From NCBI GenBank assembly GCA_963842695.1, contig CAWJHK010000004.1, positions 28,420 through 92,419 on the forward strand: a stretch of 64,000 bases of DNA, given 5' to 3'. This DNA is from an uncultured Chloroflexia bacterium. GTDB lineage: Bacteria; Chloroflexota; Limnocylindria; Limnocylindrales; CSP1-4. The notes below the pieces were generated by a model. The model was not told the DNA's origin, did no database searches, and saw only the letters and a program-made list of their open reading frames with translations. The stretch's first letter is position 1; each line of letters starts with the position of its first letter. A program made the position numbers and the translations under genes. This document shows, in pieces, positions 19,673 through 29,745 of this stretch.

Positions 19673-19844
19673 GGTCGATCTCCCTTCGCGATGTCCTGCG
19701 CTACCCGGTGCCGAGCGAGGCCATGAGGCGTGGCGGCGGCGAGATCAGCCGGTCGTCATCGTTCTATCAGATAACGAGGACTACTGTTACGAAACGCACG
19801 GCCGGGGTGTGGCACGTCGGCAGGGGTGTATCCTCTCGGTCCCA

Positions 19845-20826
19845 TGACCGCCACGACGCCCCGACTCGCCCGCCCATGAGCGCGCCAACGAGCTCATCCG
19901 AGCGTGGGACGGGCGCCCGGGCCCGCTCGGCAGCCTGCTCGGACGGGTGACCTCGGTCGACCAGGTCGGGGTCGAGGAGCGGGTCGACGCGCTCAAGCGG
20001 CGATCGATCAAGAAGCAGTCGAAGCTGTGGGCGCTCAACCTCGCCATCTCGATGATGGATCTGACCACCCTCGAGGGGAAGGACACGCCGGGCAAGATCC
20101 GGGCGCTGTGCGTCAAGGCGATGCGGCCGCAGCCGGGCGACCCGACGATCCCGTCGGTGGCGGCGGTCTGCGTCTATCCGGCCCTCGTGGCCGAGGCGAA
20201 GGACGCCCTCCGCGGCTCCACCGTCAAGGTCGCCAGCGTCGCGACCGGCTTCCCGTCGGGCCAGACGTTCCGGGACATCAAGATCACCGAGACCAGGGCC
20301 GCCGTGGAAGCCGGCGCGGACGAGGTCGACATGGTCATCGATCGCGGCGCGTTCCTGTCCGGCGACTACCTGACCGTCTTCGAGGAGATCGTCGAGGTCA
20401 AGGAGGCCGCCGGCGACGCCCACCTCAAGGTCATCCTCGAGACGGGCGAGCTCGAGACGTACGACAACGTCCGCCGCGCCAGCGTGCTGGCGATGGCCGC
20501 CGGTGCCGACTTCATCAAGACGTCGACCGGCAAGGTCTACGCCGGCCGCCACGATGCCGGTGACGCTCGTGATGCTCGAGGCGATCCGCGACTTCGAGCG
20601 GTCGACGGGACGGCAGGTCGGGATGAAGCCGGCCGGCGGGATCCGGACGCGCCAAGGAGGCGATCCAGTACCTCGTGATCCTGTACGAGACGCTCGGTCC
20701 GCGGTGGATGTCGCACTGACTGGTTCCGGTTCGGGGCCTCGTCCCTCCTCAACGACGTCCTGATGCAGATCGAGTTCCAGCGCAGCGGGCCGCTACCAGG
20801 ACCCGGACGACTTCACCCTCGACTGA
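19845..20826 (+). CDS. deoC: deoxyribose-phosphate aldolase, long actinobacterial form (frameshifted, about 4 indels; start could be GTG 19947)
   Basis: RRSIKKQSKLWALNLAISMMDLTTLEGKDTPGKI, AAVCVYPALV, VASVATGFPSGQ, ADEVDMVIDRGAFLSGDY, HLKVILETGEL, GADFIKTSTGKV (ORF 19947..20678). TMPVTLVMLEAIRDF...VGMKPAGGIRT (ORF 20503..20763). The end is MQIEFQRSG/RYQDPDDFTLD*. Confidence 0.9.
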
Positions 20827-20891
20827 CCGTCGACGCGCCCCGGAACGGGCGCGGCGGAGCGAACGAATCGCCGAGAGGGCGTCTGCGAGCC

Positions 20892-21903
20892 ATGACCATC
20901 CCGACCGCCAAGACCGCGGAGTCCGCGATGACGAAACGGCGCTGGGGCCGCCGGCGGCGGTCGCCGCGATCGTCATCGTCCTCGCCGTCGTCCTCGTCGT
21001 CGGCTACCTGGCGGTCGGTCTCCTCGTCTACGACCGGCTGTCGGCGATCAGGCCCGGCTGCAACACGATGAACGCGGCGAACAGCCCCGCGTCGTTCAGC
21101 CTCGAGGGTGTCGACACGAGCCCATACGCGATGCCCGAGTTCGAGTCGGTCACCCTCCCGAGTCGCGACCCGGACGTCGCGATCGCGGCTGGTACGTTCC
21201 CGCCGGCGATCCAGCCGGACCGGCCGTCGTCCTGGTCCACGGCCACGAGTCGTGCAAGCGTGACGGACGGATGCTGCTCGCCGCGGGGATGCTCCATCGC
21301 GCCGGGATCGCGGTGCTGCTCATCGACATGCGCAACCACGGGCAAATCGGCGACGGTCAACGGGCGCTACGCCGGCGGCACGCGCGAGTACCGCGACGCG
21401 CTCGGCGGCTGGGACTGGCTGGTCGGCCGTGGCCACGCCGCGGAGCGGACCGGCCTGTTCGGGATGTCACTCGGCGCGGCGACCGCGATGATCGCCACGG
21501 GCGAGGAGCCGCGCGTCGCCGCGGTCTGGGAGGACAGGGCTACGCCGACACGGACGAGGCCATCCGGGCGGAGCTGACGCGCAACAGCCTTCCGACGTTC
21601 ATCCGCTATGGCGGCTACCTGTGGGCCGGAATGATCTCGGGGGACGACCTCCTCGGGCTGAGCCCGGTCGAGGCCGTCCGCAAGCTCGACGGCCGGCCGA
21701 TCGCGATCACGCACGGCACCGCCGATCGCCGTCTGTCGGTGGCGTACGCGTCGGAGCTGGCCGACGCGGTCCGGGCGACCGGCGGGTCGGTCGATCCGTG
21801 GATCGTCGAGGACTCGGACCACATCGACGCGATCGTCGACCAGAGGGCCGAGTACGAGCGGCGGCTCGACGCGTTCTTCACGTCGGCCCTCGCCCGCCGG
21901 TAG
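20892..21903 (+). CDS. membrane-anchored alpha/beta hydrolase (frameshifted several times)
   Basis: An N-terminal TM, AVAAIVIVLAVVLVVGYLAVGLLVY, lies in an alternate frame. Nucleophile elbow LFGMSLGAATAM (ORF 21068..21577). ITHGTADRRLSVAYASELADAV...VEDSDHIDAIV (ORF 21271..21903). Confidence 0.8.
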
Positions 21904-21923
21904 GACCCTGGCGAACGGGCGAC

Positions 21924-22991
21924 CTACTCCTCCATGGGGTGGATCGGCGTCCGGAGCGCGACCGGATCGCCGAGCCACGAGGTCGCCGGCACGGCCCAGT
22001 AGGCGGCCATCGCCTCCAGGCGGTCGGCATAGGTGGCTCGCGCGGCCTCGAACATCGGCCACGCCACGTCGCGTTCCTCGAGCGTGTAGCCGACCTCTTC
22101 GAGCCGGTCGCATGCCGCGTCAAGTCGGCCCGCGCCAGGGTTCCGCCCGACCCGGCCCGGAAGCCGAGGTTGGAGATGTCCTCGACCAGGTGCGTTCCGA
22201 CCCGCTTGAACAGCTTCGCGTCGCCGCGCGGCACCTCGCACGACCGTGGTCAGGACGAGGCTCGCCGTATCGAGCATCGTCCCCAGCGCGCTGATCCAGG
22301 ACAGGTTGTCGTGGCTCGATCGGAAGTAGCCCAGCAGGGGGTAGGCGACGTGGCTGTCGAGCACCTCGGCCGCCCACGACTCCCACCGGACGAACAGGCT
22401 TGGCAGGCGCTCGACGACACCGAGCCGGGCATACGACTCGAGCAGTGCCACGGCGGATGACGGCGCCCCGGCGGCGGCCTGCAGGGTGACCACCTGCACC
22501 TCGCGACGCTGGTACGACGCATACAGCGAGAACAGGAACGTCACCACGAGGGCCACCACGCCGAGTCCCGTCACGGCGGCGATCACGATGACGATCCGGG
22601 CCGGGGTGCCGGTCGCGACGAAGTCGCCGAAGCCGATCGTGAGCAGCGAAGTCGCGGCGAAGTACACGGCGGTCCCGAGGTCGCCCGGCACCGGCTGGAG
22701 CTCATCGCGCAACGCCCACATGATCAGCCCGTAGCCGACGATCAGGCTCAGGAGCCATGCCGCGAGGAGCGCGATCGTCGCCGCCGGCGCGAAGAGCCCG
22801 AGCAACGCGTCGTGGGGACGGCCCGACCGGCCGTTCCGCGCTGCCCGGAGGACCCACCACGACGATCGGACGAGGTAGCGGCTGATGCGGAAGGAACCCG
22901 GCGAGGGACGCGGGACGACGATCGTCTGGAACATGTCCCACAGGGCGAGGACCAGCAGAAAGATCCCGGCAAGAGCGGCGAGGACATCCAT
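21924..22991 (-). CDS. two-TM potassium channel family protein (compensating frameshift pair at about 22100-22240)
   Basis: Selectivity filter AVYFAATSLLTIGFGDFV sits between TM helices (ORF 21924..22991). The internal garbled stretch is recovered from ORF 21878..22234 (PRGDAKLFKRVGTHLVEDISNLGF). Confidence 0.85.
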   Translation of the reverse strand: MDVLAALAGIFLLVLALWDMFQTIVVPRPSPGSFRISRYLVRSSWWVLRAARNGRSGRPHDALLGLFAPAATIALLAAWLLSLIVGYGLIMWALRDELQPVPGDLGTAVYFAATSLLTIGFGDFVATGTPARIVIVIAAVTGLGVVALVVTFLFSLYASYQRREVQVVTLQAAAGAPSSAVALLESYARLGVVERLPSLFVRWESWAAEVLDSHVAYPLLGYFRSSHDNLSWISALGTMLDTASLVLTTVVRGAARRREAVQAGRNAPGRGHLQPRLPGRVGRNPGAGRLDAACDRLEEVGYTLEERDVAWPMFEAARATYADRLEAMAAYWAVPATSWLGDPVALRTPIHPMEE

Positions 22992-23056
22992 CGTTCCCGA
23001 TCATCGCACCGCAGGCGAAGGACGGTTGGTCCCGGGTCGGTCCCGGCCACTCGCTC

Positions 23057-23078
23057 ACCTTTACGTGAACGTCAAGGT
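23057..23078. promoter_or_regulatory. 22-bp imperfect palindrome, candidate MerR-type operator in the divergent K-channel / merR-MFS promoter region
   Basis: ACCTTtACGTgaACGTcAAGGT (18 of 22 positions self-complementary), ending 10 nt upstream of the MerR ATG at 23088. Confidence 0.45.
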
Positions 23079-23087
23079 TGAGGTATC

Positions 23088-23673
23088 ATGAGGACGATGC
23101 CCAACCCACGACCCGGGGCCGCGCCCGCGCCTGCCGTCGACCCTCCCGTCACTCGGCTCCTGCGGATCAACGAGGTGGCCGCCGACACCGGCCTGACCAC
23201 CCGCGCGATCCGCTACTACGAGGAGATCGGGCTGCTCGAGCCGGCGGCCCGTTCCGACGGCGACTACCGCCTGTACGACGCCTCCGACCTCGATCGGCTG
23301 TCGTTCATCCGCAGCCTGCGCGACGACGCCGGCTTCTCCCTCGCGCAGATCGGCCAGCTGCTCGAGGACGACGCTGCCCGCGAGCGCAACCGCGAGCGTT
23401 TCCGCGCGACGGAGGACCCGACCGAACGACGCGCGATCCTGACCGACGCCCGGAGCGGGTCGAGCGCCAGATCGAGACCCTCGAGGCCAAGGCCGCCCGG
23501 CTGGCGACGATGATCGACGAGGCGCGGGCGCGTCGCGGCCACCTCGATGCCCATCTCACCGAGCTCGACGGCGGCGACCCGCCGCACCCGGATCGACCGG
23601 CCTCCGGCCCTGCGCACCAGCAGCAAGGCCCGCCGATGATCGATCGCGAGCAGCTTCGACCTGCGTCGGATGA
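23088..23673 (+). CDS. MerR family transcriptional regulator (frameshifted in the C-terminal half)
   Basis: LLRINEVAADTGLTTRAIRYYEEIGLLEPAARSDGDYRLYDASDLDRLSFIRSLRDDAGFSLAQIGQLL. Coiled-coil ERVERQIETLEAKAARLATMIDEARARRGHLDAHL lies in the frame of ORF 23078..23914. A likely stop overlaps the MFS ATG (ATGA). Confidence 0.85.
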
Positions 23674-25011
23674 CCACGTCGGAGGGTATCCGCGCGTTCC
23701 ACCACCGCAACTACCGGCTGTTCTTCGCGGGCCAGGCGATCTCGCTGGTCGGCACCTGGATGCAGCAGGTCGCGCAGGCCTGGCTCGTGCTCGAGCTGAC
23801 GCACGATCCGATCTGGCTCGGCATCGTGGCGGCCGCGCAGTTCGTGCCGGTCGATGGTCCTCGGCCTGTTCGCCGGCGTGGCCGCGGACGCCCTGCCGAA
23901 GCGCCGCGTGCTGATCGGGACCCAGGTCACGATGATGATCCTGGCCGCCGTCCTCGCCGTCCTCGTCATCGCGGGCGTCGTCGAGGTCTGGATGATCCTG
24001 GTCCTCGCCGTCCTGCTCGGCTGCGCCAATGCGCTCGACATGCCCACCCGGCAGTCGTTCGCCATCGAGCTCGTCGGCCGCGACGACATCGGCAACGCCG
24101 TCGCGCTCAACTCGGCGATGTTCAACGGTGCTCGCGTCATCGGCCCGGCGGCGGCCGGCCTGGCGATCGCGGCGTTCGGCGTCGGCCCGGCCTTCGCCAT
24201 CAACGCGCTCAGCTTCCTGGCGGCGATCATCGGCCTGCGGATGATGGACGAGCGCGACCTCCATCTGGGCAGCCGGATCGCGCGACCCGAGTCCGACGCG
24301 GCGGTCATGCGGAACCTGCGCGAAGGCCTGCGCTACGTCCGCCACACCGAGATCGTGCTGCTCGCCGTCGTCGTCGTCGGCTCGGTGGCGACCGTGGGCA
24401 TGAACTTCAACGTCCTGATCCCGGCACTGGCACGGGGCCGCCTCGCGAGCGGTGCGGCGGGCTACGGCTTCCTCATGGCCGCGATCGGGGTCGGCTCGCT
24501 CGTCGCCGCCGTCCGCCTCGCGTTCGGTGGCTGGCCGCGACCGGTCCGGCTCGCGACCGGCGCGGTCATCCTCGGCGTCTCCTCGATCGCGCTGGCGGCC
24601 ACGCAGGTCTTCGTCGTCGCGCTCGTCCTCATGGTGCTGGTCGGCTTCGGCTCGATCCTGATGGCGGCGACCGGCAATGCCACGATCCAGCTGGCGGTGC
24701 CGGACCAGCTCCGCGGCCGGGTGTCGAGCGTCTATACGACCGTCTTCAGCGCGTCCGTCCCGATCGGCGGGCTGGCGATGGGCGCGATCGCATCGGCCTT
24801 CGACGTGGAGGTCGCGATCCTCGTCGGCGGCGTCCTGTCGTTGCTGGTCGGGGTCGGCGCGTGGCTGTGGGGCCGCACCGGCGTGTTCGATGCGGTCGAC
24901 CAGCCTGCCGCCGTCCGCGAGCGGGATGCTGACCGGGACGGCGCGCCCGCGCTGACCGGCTCGGCGGATCGCCTCAGCCGTCGACGGCGCCGAAGACCAG
25001 TGCGGCGTTGA
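23670..25011 (+). CDS. MFS transporter, EntS/MFS_3-like (one frameshift at about 23850)
   Basis: FHHRNYRLFFAGQAISLVGTWMQQVAQAWLVLELTHDPIWLGIVAAAQFVPV (ORF 23670..24932), then GLFAGVAADALPKRRVLIGTQV... with 12-TM character (ORF 23854..25011). Confidence 0.85.
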
Positions 25012-26249
25012 GCCCGCCGAACCCGAACGAGGTCGACAGCACGCGGCGGTACGTGCCGTCGCGATCCCTGCGCGTCAGCAGGCCCGGCAGGAGCGCGGCC
25101 GCATCGGGATCCGGCTCGACGAGGTTGACCGTGCGCCGGCGCCCAGCCGTCGCGGATGGCCAGCGCGCAGATCGCCGCCTCGATCGCCCCCGACGCCCCG
25201 AGCGGGTGCCCGTACAGCGCCTTCGTGCCGCTGACCGGGACGGTCTTCGCACGATCCCCGAGGGCCAGGCGCGATGGCCCGCGCCTCTGCCACGTCGCCG
25301 ATCGGGGTCGAGGACGCATGCGCGTTGACGTAGTCGATCTCGTCGGGCTGCACGCCGCGCGTCGTCGAGCGCGATCGCGCCGCCCGCGCCGCCTCCGAGC
25401 CGTCCGCGCCGCGGCTGGACCATGTGGTGGGCATCGGACGTCGCCCCGTAGCCGAGGAGCTCGGCGTAGGGCGTGGCGCCGCGCGCGCTCGGCGACGTCG
25501 GCCGCCTCGAGCGACGAGCAGGGTCGCGCCCTCGCCCATGACGAAGCCGTCGCGGCCCGCATCGAACGGCCGCGCGCGCCGTCTCCGGCTCGCCGTTGTG
25601 CCCGCCCGACAGCGCACGGATGATGTCGAACGCCCCGAACGCGAGCGGCGCTGAGCGGGATCTCGACGCCGCCGGCGATCGCGGCGTCGACCCGGCCGTC
25701 GCGCAGGTCGCCGAGCGCCTCGCCGAGCGCGACGGCCCCGGAGGCGCACGAGTTCGCGGTCGACAGGATCGGCCCGCGGACGTCGAGCGCGATGCCGAGG
25801 TTGGCCGGCGCCGCTCCGCCGAACACGGCAAGCGCCAGGTTCGGGGCGACCGCCTTGATCCCGCGCTCGAGGTAGCGCTCGTGCTGGACCTCGGCGTAGG
25901 CGATGCCGCCCAGCGCCGACCCGAGATAGATCCCGATCCGCTGCGGATCGGCCGCGCCGGCTGGCCCCCGGTGTCAGGCCGGCGTCGTCGAGCGCGAGCC
26001 GGCCGGCGACCAGCCCGAACTGGCTGAACCGGTCGAGCTGGCGGGCGGTCTTCGGCGGCATCCAGGCCAGCGGGTCGAAGTCGTCGACCTGGGCCGCGAC
26101 CTGGCTGCGGAACGGGCTCGGGTCGAAGCGGTCGATCGTCCGGACCCGCGAGCGGCCCGCCCGCAGGCCAGCGCGGAAGGCGTCGCGGCCGGTGCCGATC
26201 GCGGTGATCAGGCCGATGCCCGTGATCCAGATCCGTCGCCGGGCGGTCA
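24974..26249 (-). CDS. beta-ketoacyl-ACP synthase I/II-like condensing enzyme (heavily frameshifted)
   Basis: RRIWITGIGLITAIGTG...FDPSPFRSQVAAQVDDF (ORF 25075..26544). Cys nucleophile motif ILSTANSCASGAVALGEA (ORF 24732..25826). His motifs IDYVNAHASSTPIGD and SGTKALYGHPLGASGAIEA. C-terminus VLSTSFGFGGLNAALVFG (ORF 24974..25831). Confidence 0.85.
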
Positions 26250-26785
26250 TGACGGAGGAATTCGCCGGGCGCGTACCGGACGGGCCGGATGCCGGACTCG
26301 CAGCGCCTCGGCCAGCGCCCGGAACGTGGCCAGCGTCCGGCCGGCGATCGGCCGGGTGAAGAAGCGATCGACGAACGCCGCGAACAGCGGCAGGCGGGGC
26401 TGGAAGTCGTGGTCGATGGCGACGTGGGCGCCGGTTCCCGATCCCTCGATCCGCCACGTCACGTCCATCCCGCGGGTCGCGCCGGCCACGTGGACGAAGC
26501 GCAGGCGTCGGGTCGCGGGCTCGTTCCAGGTCCGTGACCGCCACGTCACCGGCAGGCCGAGCCCGAGGACGCCGATCAGCGGGCGGCGGGCGACGAAGTC
26601 GACGACGAGCGCAGCCGTCGGCGCGATGCTCGACCGCCCGCGACCGGGCGTAGTGCGGCAGCAGCTGATCCCAGCGCTCGACGTCACGGGCGAGGCGAGA
26701 AGACGAGGTCGGGGCTGGCGGCGACGTCGATGGCGATCGTGCTGTGCAGGTCAGGGCGCCGCGAGACCGGCCGGTTCGCCGTCAT
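26247..26785 (-). CDS. SRPBCC (polyketide cyclase/dehydrase, START-like) protein (frameshifted near the N-terminus)
   Basis: MTANRPVSRRPDLHSTIAIDVAASPDLVFSLARDVERWDQLLPHY comes from a stitched frame. FVARRPLIGVLGLGLPVTWRSRTWNEPATRRLRFVHVAGATRGMDVTWRIE...HVAIDHDF (ORF 26247..26687). ATGA overlaps at both ends. Confidence 0.7.
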
Positions 26786-27998
26786 GGGGCGAGCAGCGCG
26801 GCGAGGTACCGCGGATCGAGGGCGCGGCCGGCCGGAACGAGGTCACCCATCACGAGGCCCATCGTCGCACGAACCGCGGCGCGATCGGCCACCCGCCGCG
26901 CGGCGTACTCGAACAGCGTGGGACGGCCGAGGAACGCCTGGACCAGCCACGACACGCCGTCCTTGGCGAGGAAGCGGCGGCGCATCGCCCGCTCGTACGC
27001 GCCGAACGCGCCGGCCCGTCCGCGTCGGTGGGCGACGATCGCGGCGGCCGCCAGCTCGGCGGAGACGAGCGCGCGATGGAGCCCCTCGCCGGTGAACGGA
27101 TCGAGGAAGCCCGCCGCGTCGCCGACCAGCAGCCAGCGGTCGCCGGCCCGGCGGGTCACCCGATGACCGAGCGGCCAGGCACCCTCGACCGCGTCGAGCG
27201 GCTCGCCCGTGCGCCACGCCGCCGGGTCGTCGGCGGTCGGCGGCACCGCCGCGACGATCGCGCCCGACGACCGAGCGCGCCCCGTCACGGGCGAGCGCCG
27301 CGCGCCACGACCGGCCGAGGACGATCCCGATGTTCACCCGGCCGCCCGGGACCGGCGCGATCCCGACGTAGCCGTCGTCGAGGATCCGCATCCGTGCGTC
27401 GCGGCAGATGGCGGCGCCGGCCGAGCGGGGTCGGCGAGGTGGTAGGTCAGCCCGACGCGAGGGTCGAGCCGGGCACCGCGGGCGACGCCGGCCGCGCGCG
27501 GCCACGACCGGTCGCAGGCCGTCGGCGCCGACGACGAGCGAAGCGTCGAGGGTCGTCTCGGCGCCGTCGGGTCGGCGGACCCGAGCCGCCCGGTCGCGGG
27601 CTCGACAGCCGTGACGTGCCAGCCGCGACGGACGTCGGCGCCGGCACGTGTCGGCCAGCTCCAGCAGCGCCGGATCGAGGGCGGATCGATCGAACCCGAC
27701 GGCCGGCTCGCCACCGTCGTCGGCGCCGTAGGTCAGGCGGAACGTCGTCCCGCCGAGCGTCTCGACCCGCATCGCGGGGATCGGTCGGGCGACGGCGGCG
27801 AGCGTCGCGGCCGGCAGCCCGGCACGACGCAGCGCCGCGACCGCGGCCGGCGAGCAGAAGACGCCACCCGCCCGCCAGCGCCAGGCCGGCGCCCGCTCGA
27901 GGACCACGACCGGCTCGCCCGCCAGCCGCGAGCCGGGCGGCCAGCACGGCGCCGGCCGGTCCGCCGCCGACGATGGCGGTGCCGACTCGCTCGGTCAT
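26782..27998 (-). CDS. FAD-dependent oxidoreductase, geranylgeranyl-reductase-like (frameshifted)
   Basis: Dinucleotide fold MTERVGTAIVGGGPAGAVLAARLA (ORF 27447..27998). VVLERAPAWRWRAGGVFCSP, LVVGADG, MRILDDGYVGIAPVPGGRVNIG (ORF 26843..27907). RWLLVGDAAGFLDPFTGEGLHRAL (ORF 26782..27288). Confidence 0.8.
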
Positions 27999-28752
27999 TC
28001 GCCGGCGCCCTGGGGGTCGGGCGGGCCGCTGGTCGCGCCGGATCCGGCGTCGGCAGCGCCGCGATCGCGTAGCGCTGGCCGAACGCGCCGCGGACGACCC
28101 GGACCGGCGTCAGGCCGGCCTTCCGCAGGAGCGCGACCATCTCGGCCGCCCGATACGACGCGTCGGACCGACAGCGGCGCGTCGTACCGCGTATAGCGGT
28201 TGCCGGTCAGCAGGTGGCCCATCAGCCACGCGCCGATCCAGCCGAGCCGGGCCCGCGCTCGAGGTCGTTGACGACGACGCCCAGCCGCGCGACGCGCGCC
28301 ATCTCGCGGAGCAGCTCGACGGCTTCCCCGGGTTCGAGGTGGTGGAGCACGATCGAGGCATGCGCGACGTCGAACGAGTGGTCGGGGTAGGGGAGCGACC
28401 GACCGTCGCCGACGTGGAGCTCGAGGCCGGTGGTCGCGGCGACCCCGGTCGGGCGCGGACGGCCGCGGCCAGGACCTCCGGCCGGCTGTCGATGGCGACG
28501 ACGGTCAGGCGTCGCGATCGCGCGGCGGCGCGCTCGAGGAGCGCGAGCGGGATGTCCGCGCCGCCCGTCCCGACATCGAGCAGGGTGAGCTCCGGCCGAT
28601 GCGCGGCGAGGGCGTCGATGGCCGGCGCGCACAGGCTCGCGCCACCGAGCCAGCGGTTGACCCGGCGCAGGTCGCGCAGGTTCGCCGGCCAGCGCCGGCG
28701 GGTCGTCGAGCGGACCGTCGAGAAGCTCGAGGGCGTCGGTGCGGCGATCCAC
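27995..28752 (-). CDS. class I SAM-dependent methyltransferase (compensating frameshifts)
   Basis: GTG start VDRRTDALELLDGPLDDP. NLRDLRRVNRWLGG, and SAM motif I LTLLDVGTGGADIPLAL (ORF 28110..29255 frame). LPYPDHSFDVAHASIVLHHLEPGEAVELLREMARVARLGVVVNDLER (ORF 28222..28833). MVALLRKAGLTPVRV (ORF 27733..28140). The stop overlaps the FAD gene ATG (ATGA). Confidence 0.75.
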
Positions 28753-28779
28753 CGCGGCAGCGTACGCCCGGCCCGTACG

Positions 28780-29734
28780 ATGGCGCTCGTGATCGTCGTC
28801 GCCGGCGAGGCGCTCATCGACCTGATCGTCCACCCGGACGGCCGGGTCGTCGCGGTGCCCGGCGGCGGCCCGTTACACCACGGCCCGCACGATCGGACGG
28901 CTCGGCTCGACGTCGTCGTTCCTCGGCCGACTCTCGACCGACCGGTTCGGCCGGCAACTGGCCGCCGAGCCTCGAGGCCGACGGCGTCGACCTTCGCTGG
29001 GCACCGCGAACCGACGCGCCGACCACGCTGGCGATCGCCGAGCTCGACGAGGACGGCAGCGCCACGTATCGGTTCCACATCGCCGGAGACGTCTGCGCCC
29101 GGCCTGACCATCGAGGAAGTCCGGGCCGCGATCGCCAGCGGACCGGCCGCGGTCCACGTCGGGACGCTCGGCCTGGCCGTCGAGCCGATGGCGACCGCGA
29201 TCACCGCGGCCGGTCCGGAGCTGCCGCGGCCGACGCTCCTGATGGTCGATCCCAACTGCCGGGCCGCCGTGATCGCCGATCCCGTGGCCTACGTCGGGCG
29301 CCTCCGTCGCGTCCTTACGCGCGCCGCCATCGTCAAGGCGAGCGTCGAGGACCTCGCCTACATCAGCTCCGGGTGCGACACCGGTCGACGCCGCGCGACT
29401 GCTGGTCGCGTCCGGCGCCGGGGTCGTCCTCGTCACCGACGGACCGCGCCCGGTCCGGGTGGTCGCACCTGGCTTGGCGTTCGAGGTGGCGCGTCCCGCT
29501 GGTGAAGGTCGTCGACACGGTCGGGTCCGGCGACGCGTTCGGCGGTGCGTTCCTCGCCGCGCTGGATCGAGCGCGGCCTCGGTCGGGCCGGCACGCAGGA
29601 CGAGGCCACGCTTCGCGAGGCGGTCACCCTCGCGATCGCAGGTCGCAGGCGTGACGTGGCTCGACGCGCCGGCGCGGATCCGCCCCGTCGCGCGGAGGTC
29701 CCCGGCTGGTCATCCGCCGGCGTGGTGCGACTAG
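28780..29734 (+). CDS. PfkB family carbohydrate kinase (frameshifted)
   Basis: MALVIVVAGEALIDLIVHPDGRVVAVPGGGP. LEADGVDLRWAPRTDAPTTLAIAELDEDGSATYRFH (ORF 28599..29654). LLMVDPNCR, IVKASVEDLAYI. Anion-hole motif VKVVDTVGSGDAFGGAFLAA. Confidence 0.8.
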
Positions 29735-29745
29735 CCTTGTCCGCG

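Noticed and set aside
21899-21929. Imperfect hairpins in convergent gaps considered as bidirectional terminators: GTAGGACCC...GGGCGACCTAC at 21899-21929, and GCCGG-cggc-CCGGC at 45492-45505.
   Set aside because: The stems are short or bulged with no U-tract. In DNA this GC-rich such dyads occur by chance, so they are not reported as features.
26326-29505. Very long ORFs in the track: 26326..29505 plus strand (1059 aa), 42873..46310 minus (1145 aa), 56914..60429 plus (1171 aa), 40753..43155 minus (800 aa), 31521..33578 minus (685 aa).
   Set aside because: They are Arg/Pro/Gly/Asp-rich shadow frames running antisense or out of frame to genes with clear family motifs. Stop codons are simply rare in DNA with this G+C. 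Only the last roughly 240 codons of 26326..29505 coincide with a real gene (the PfkB kinase).
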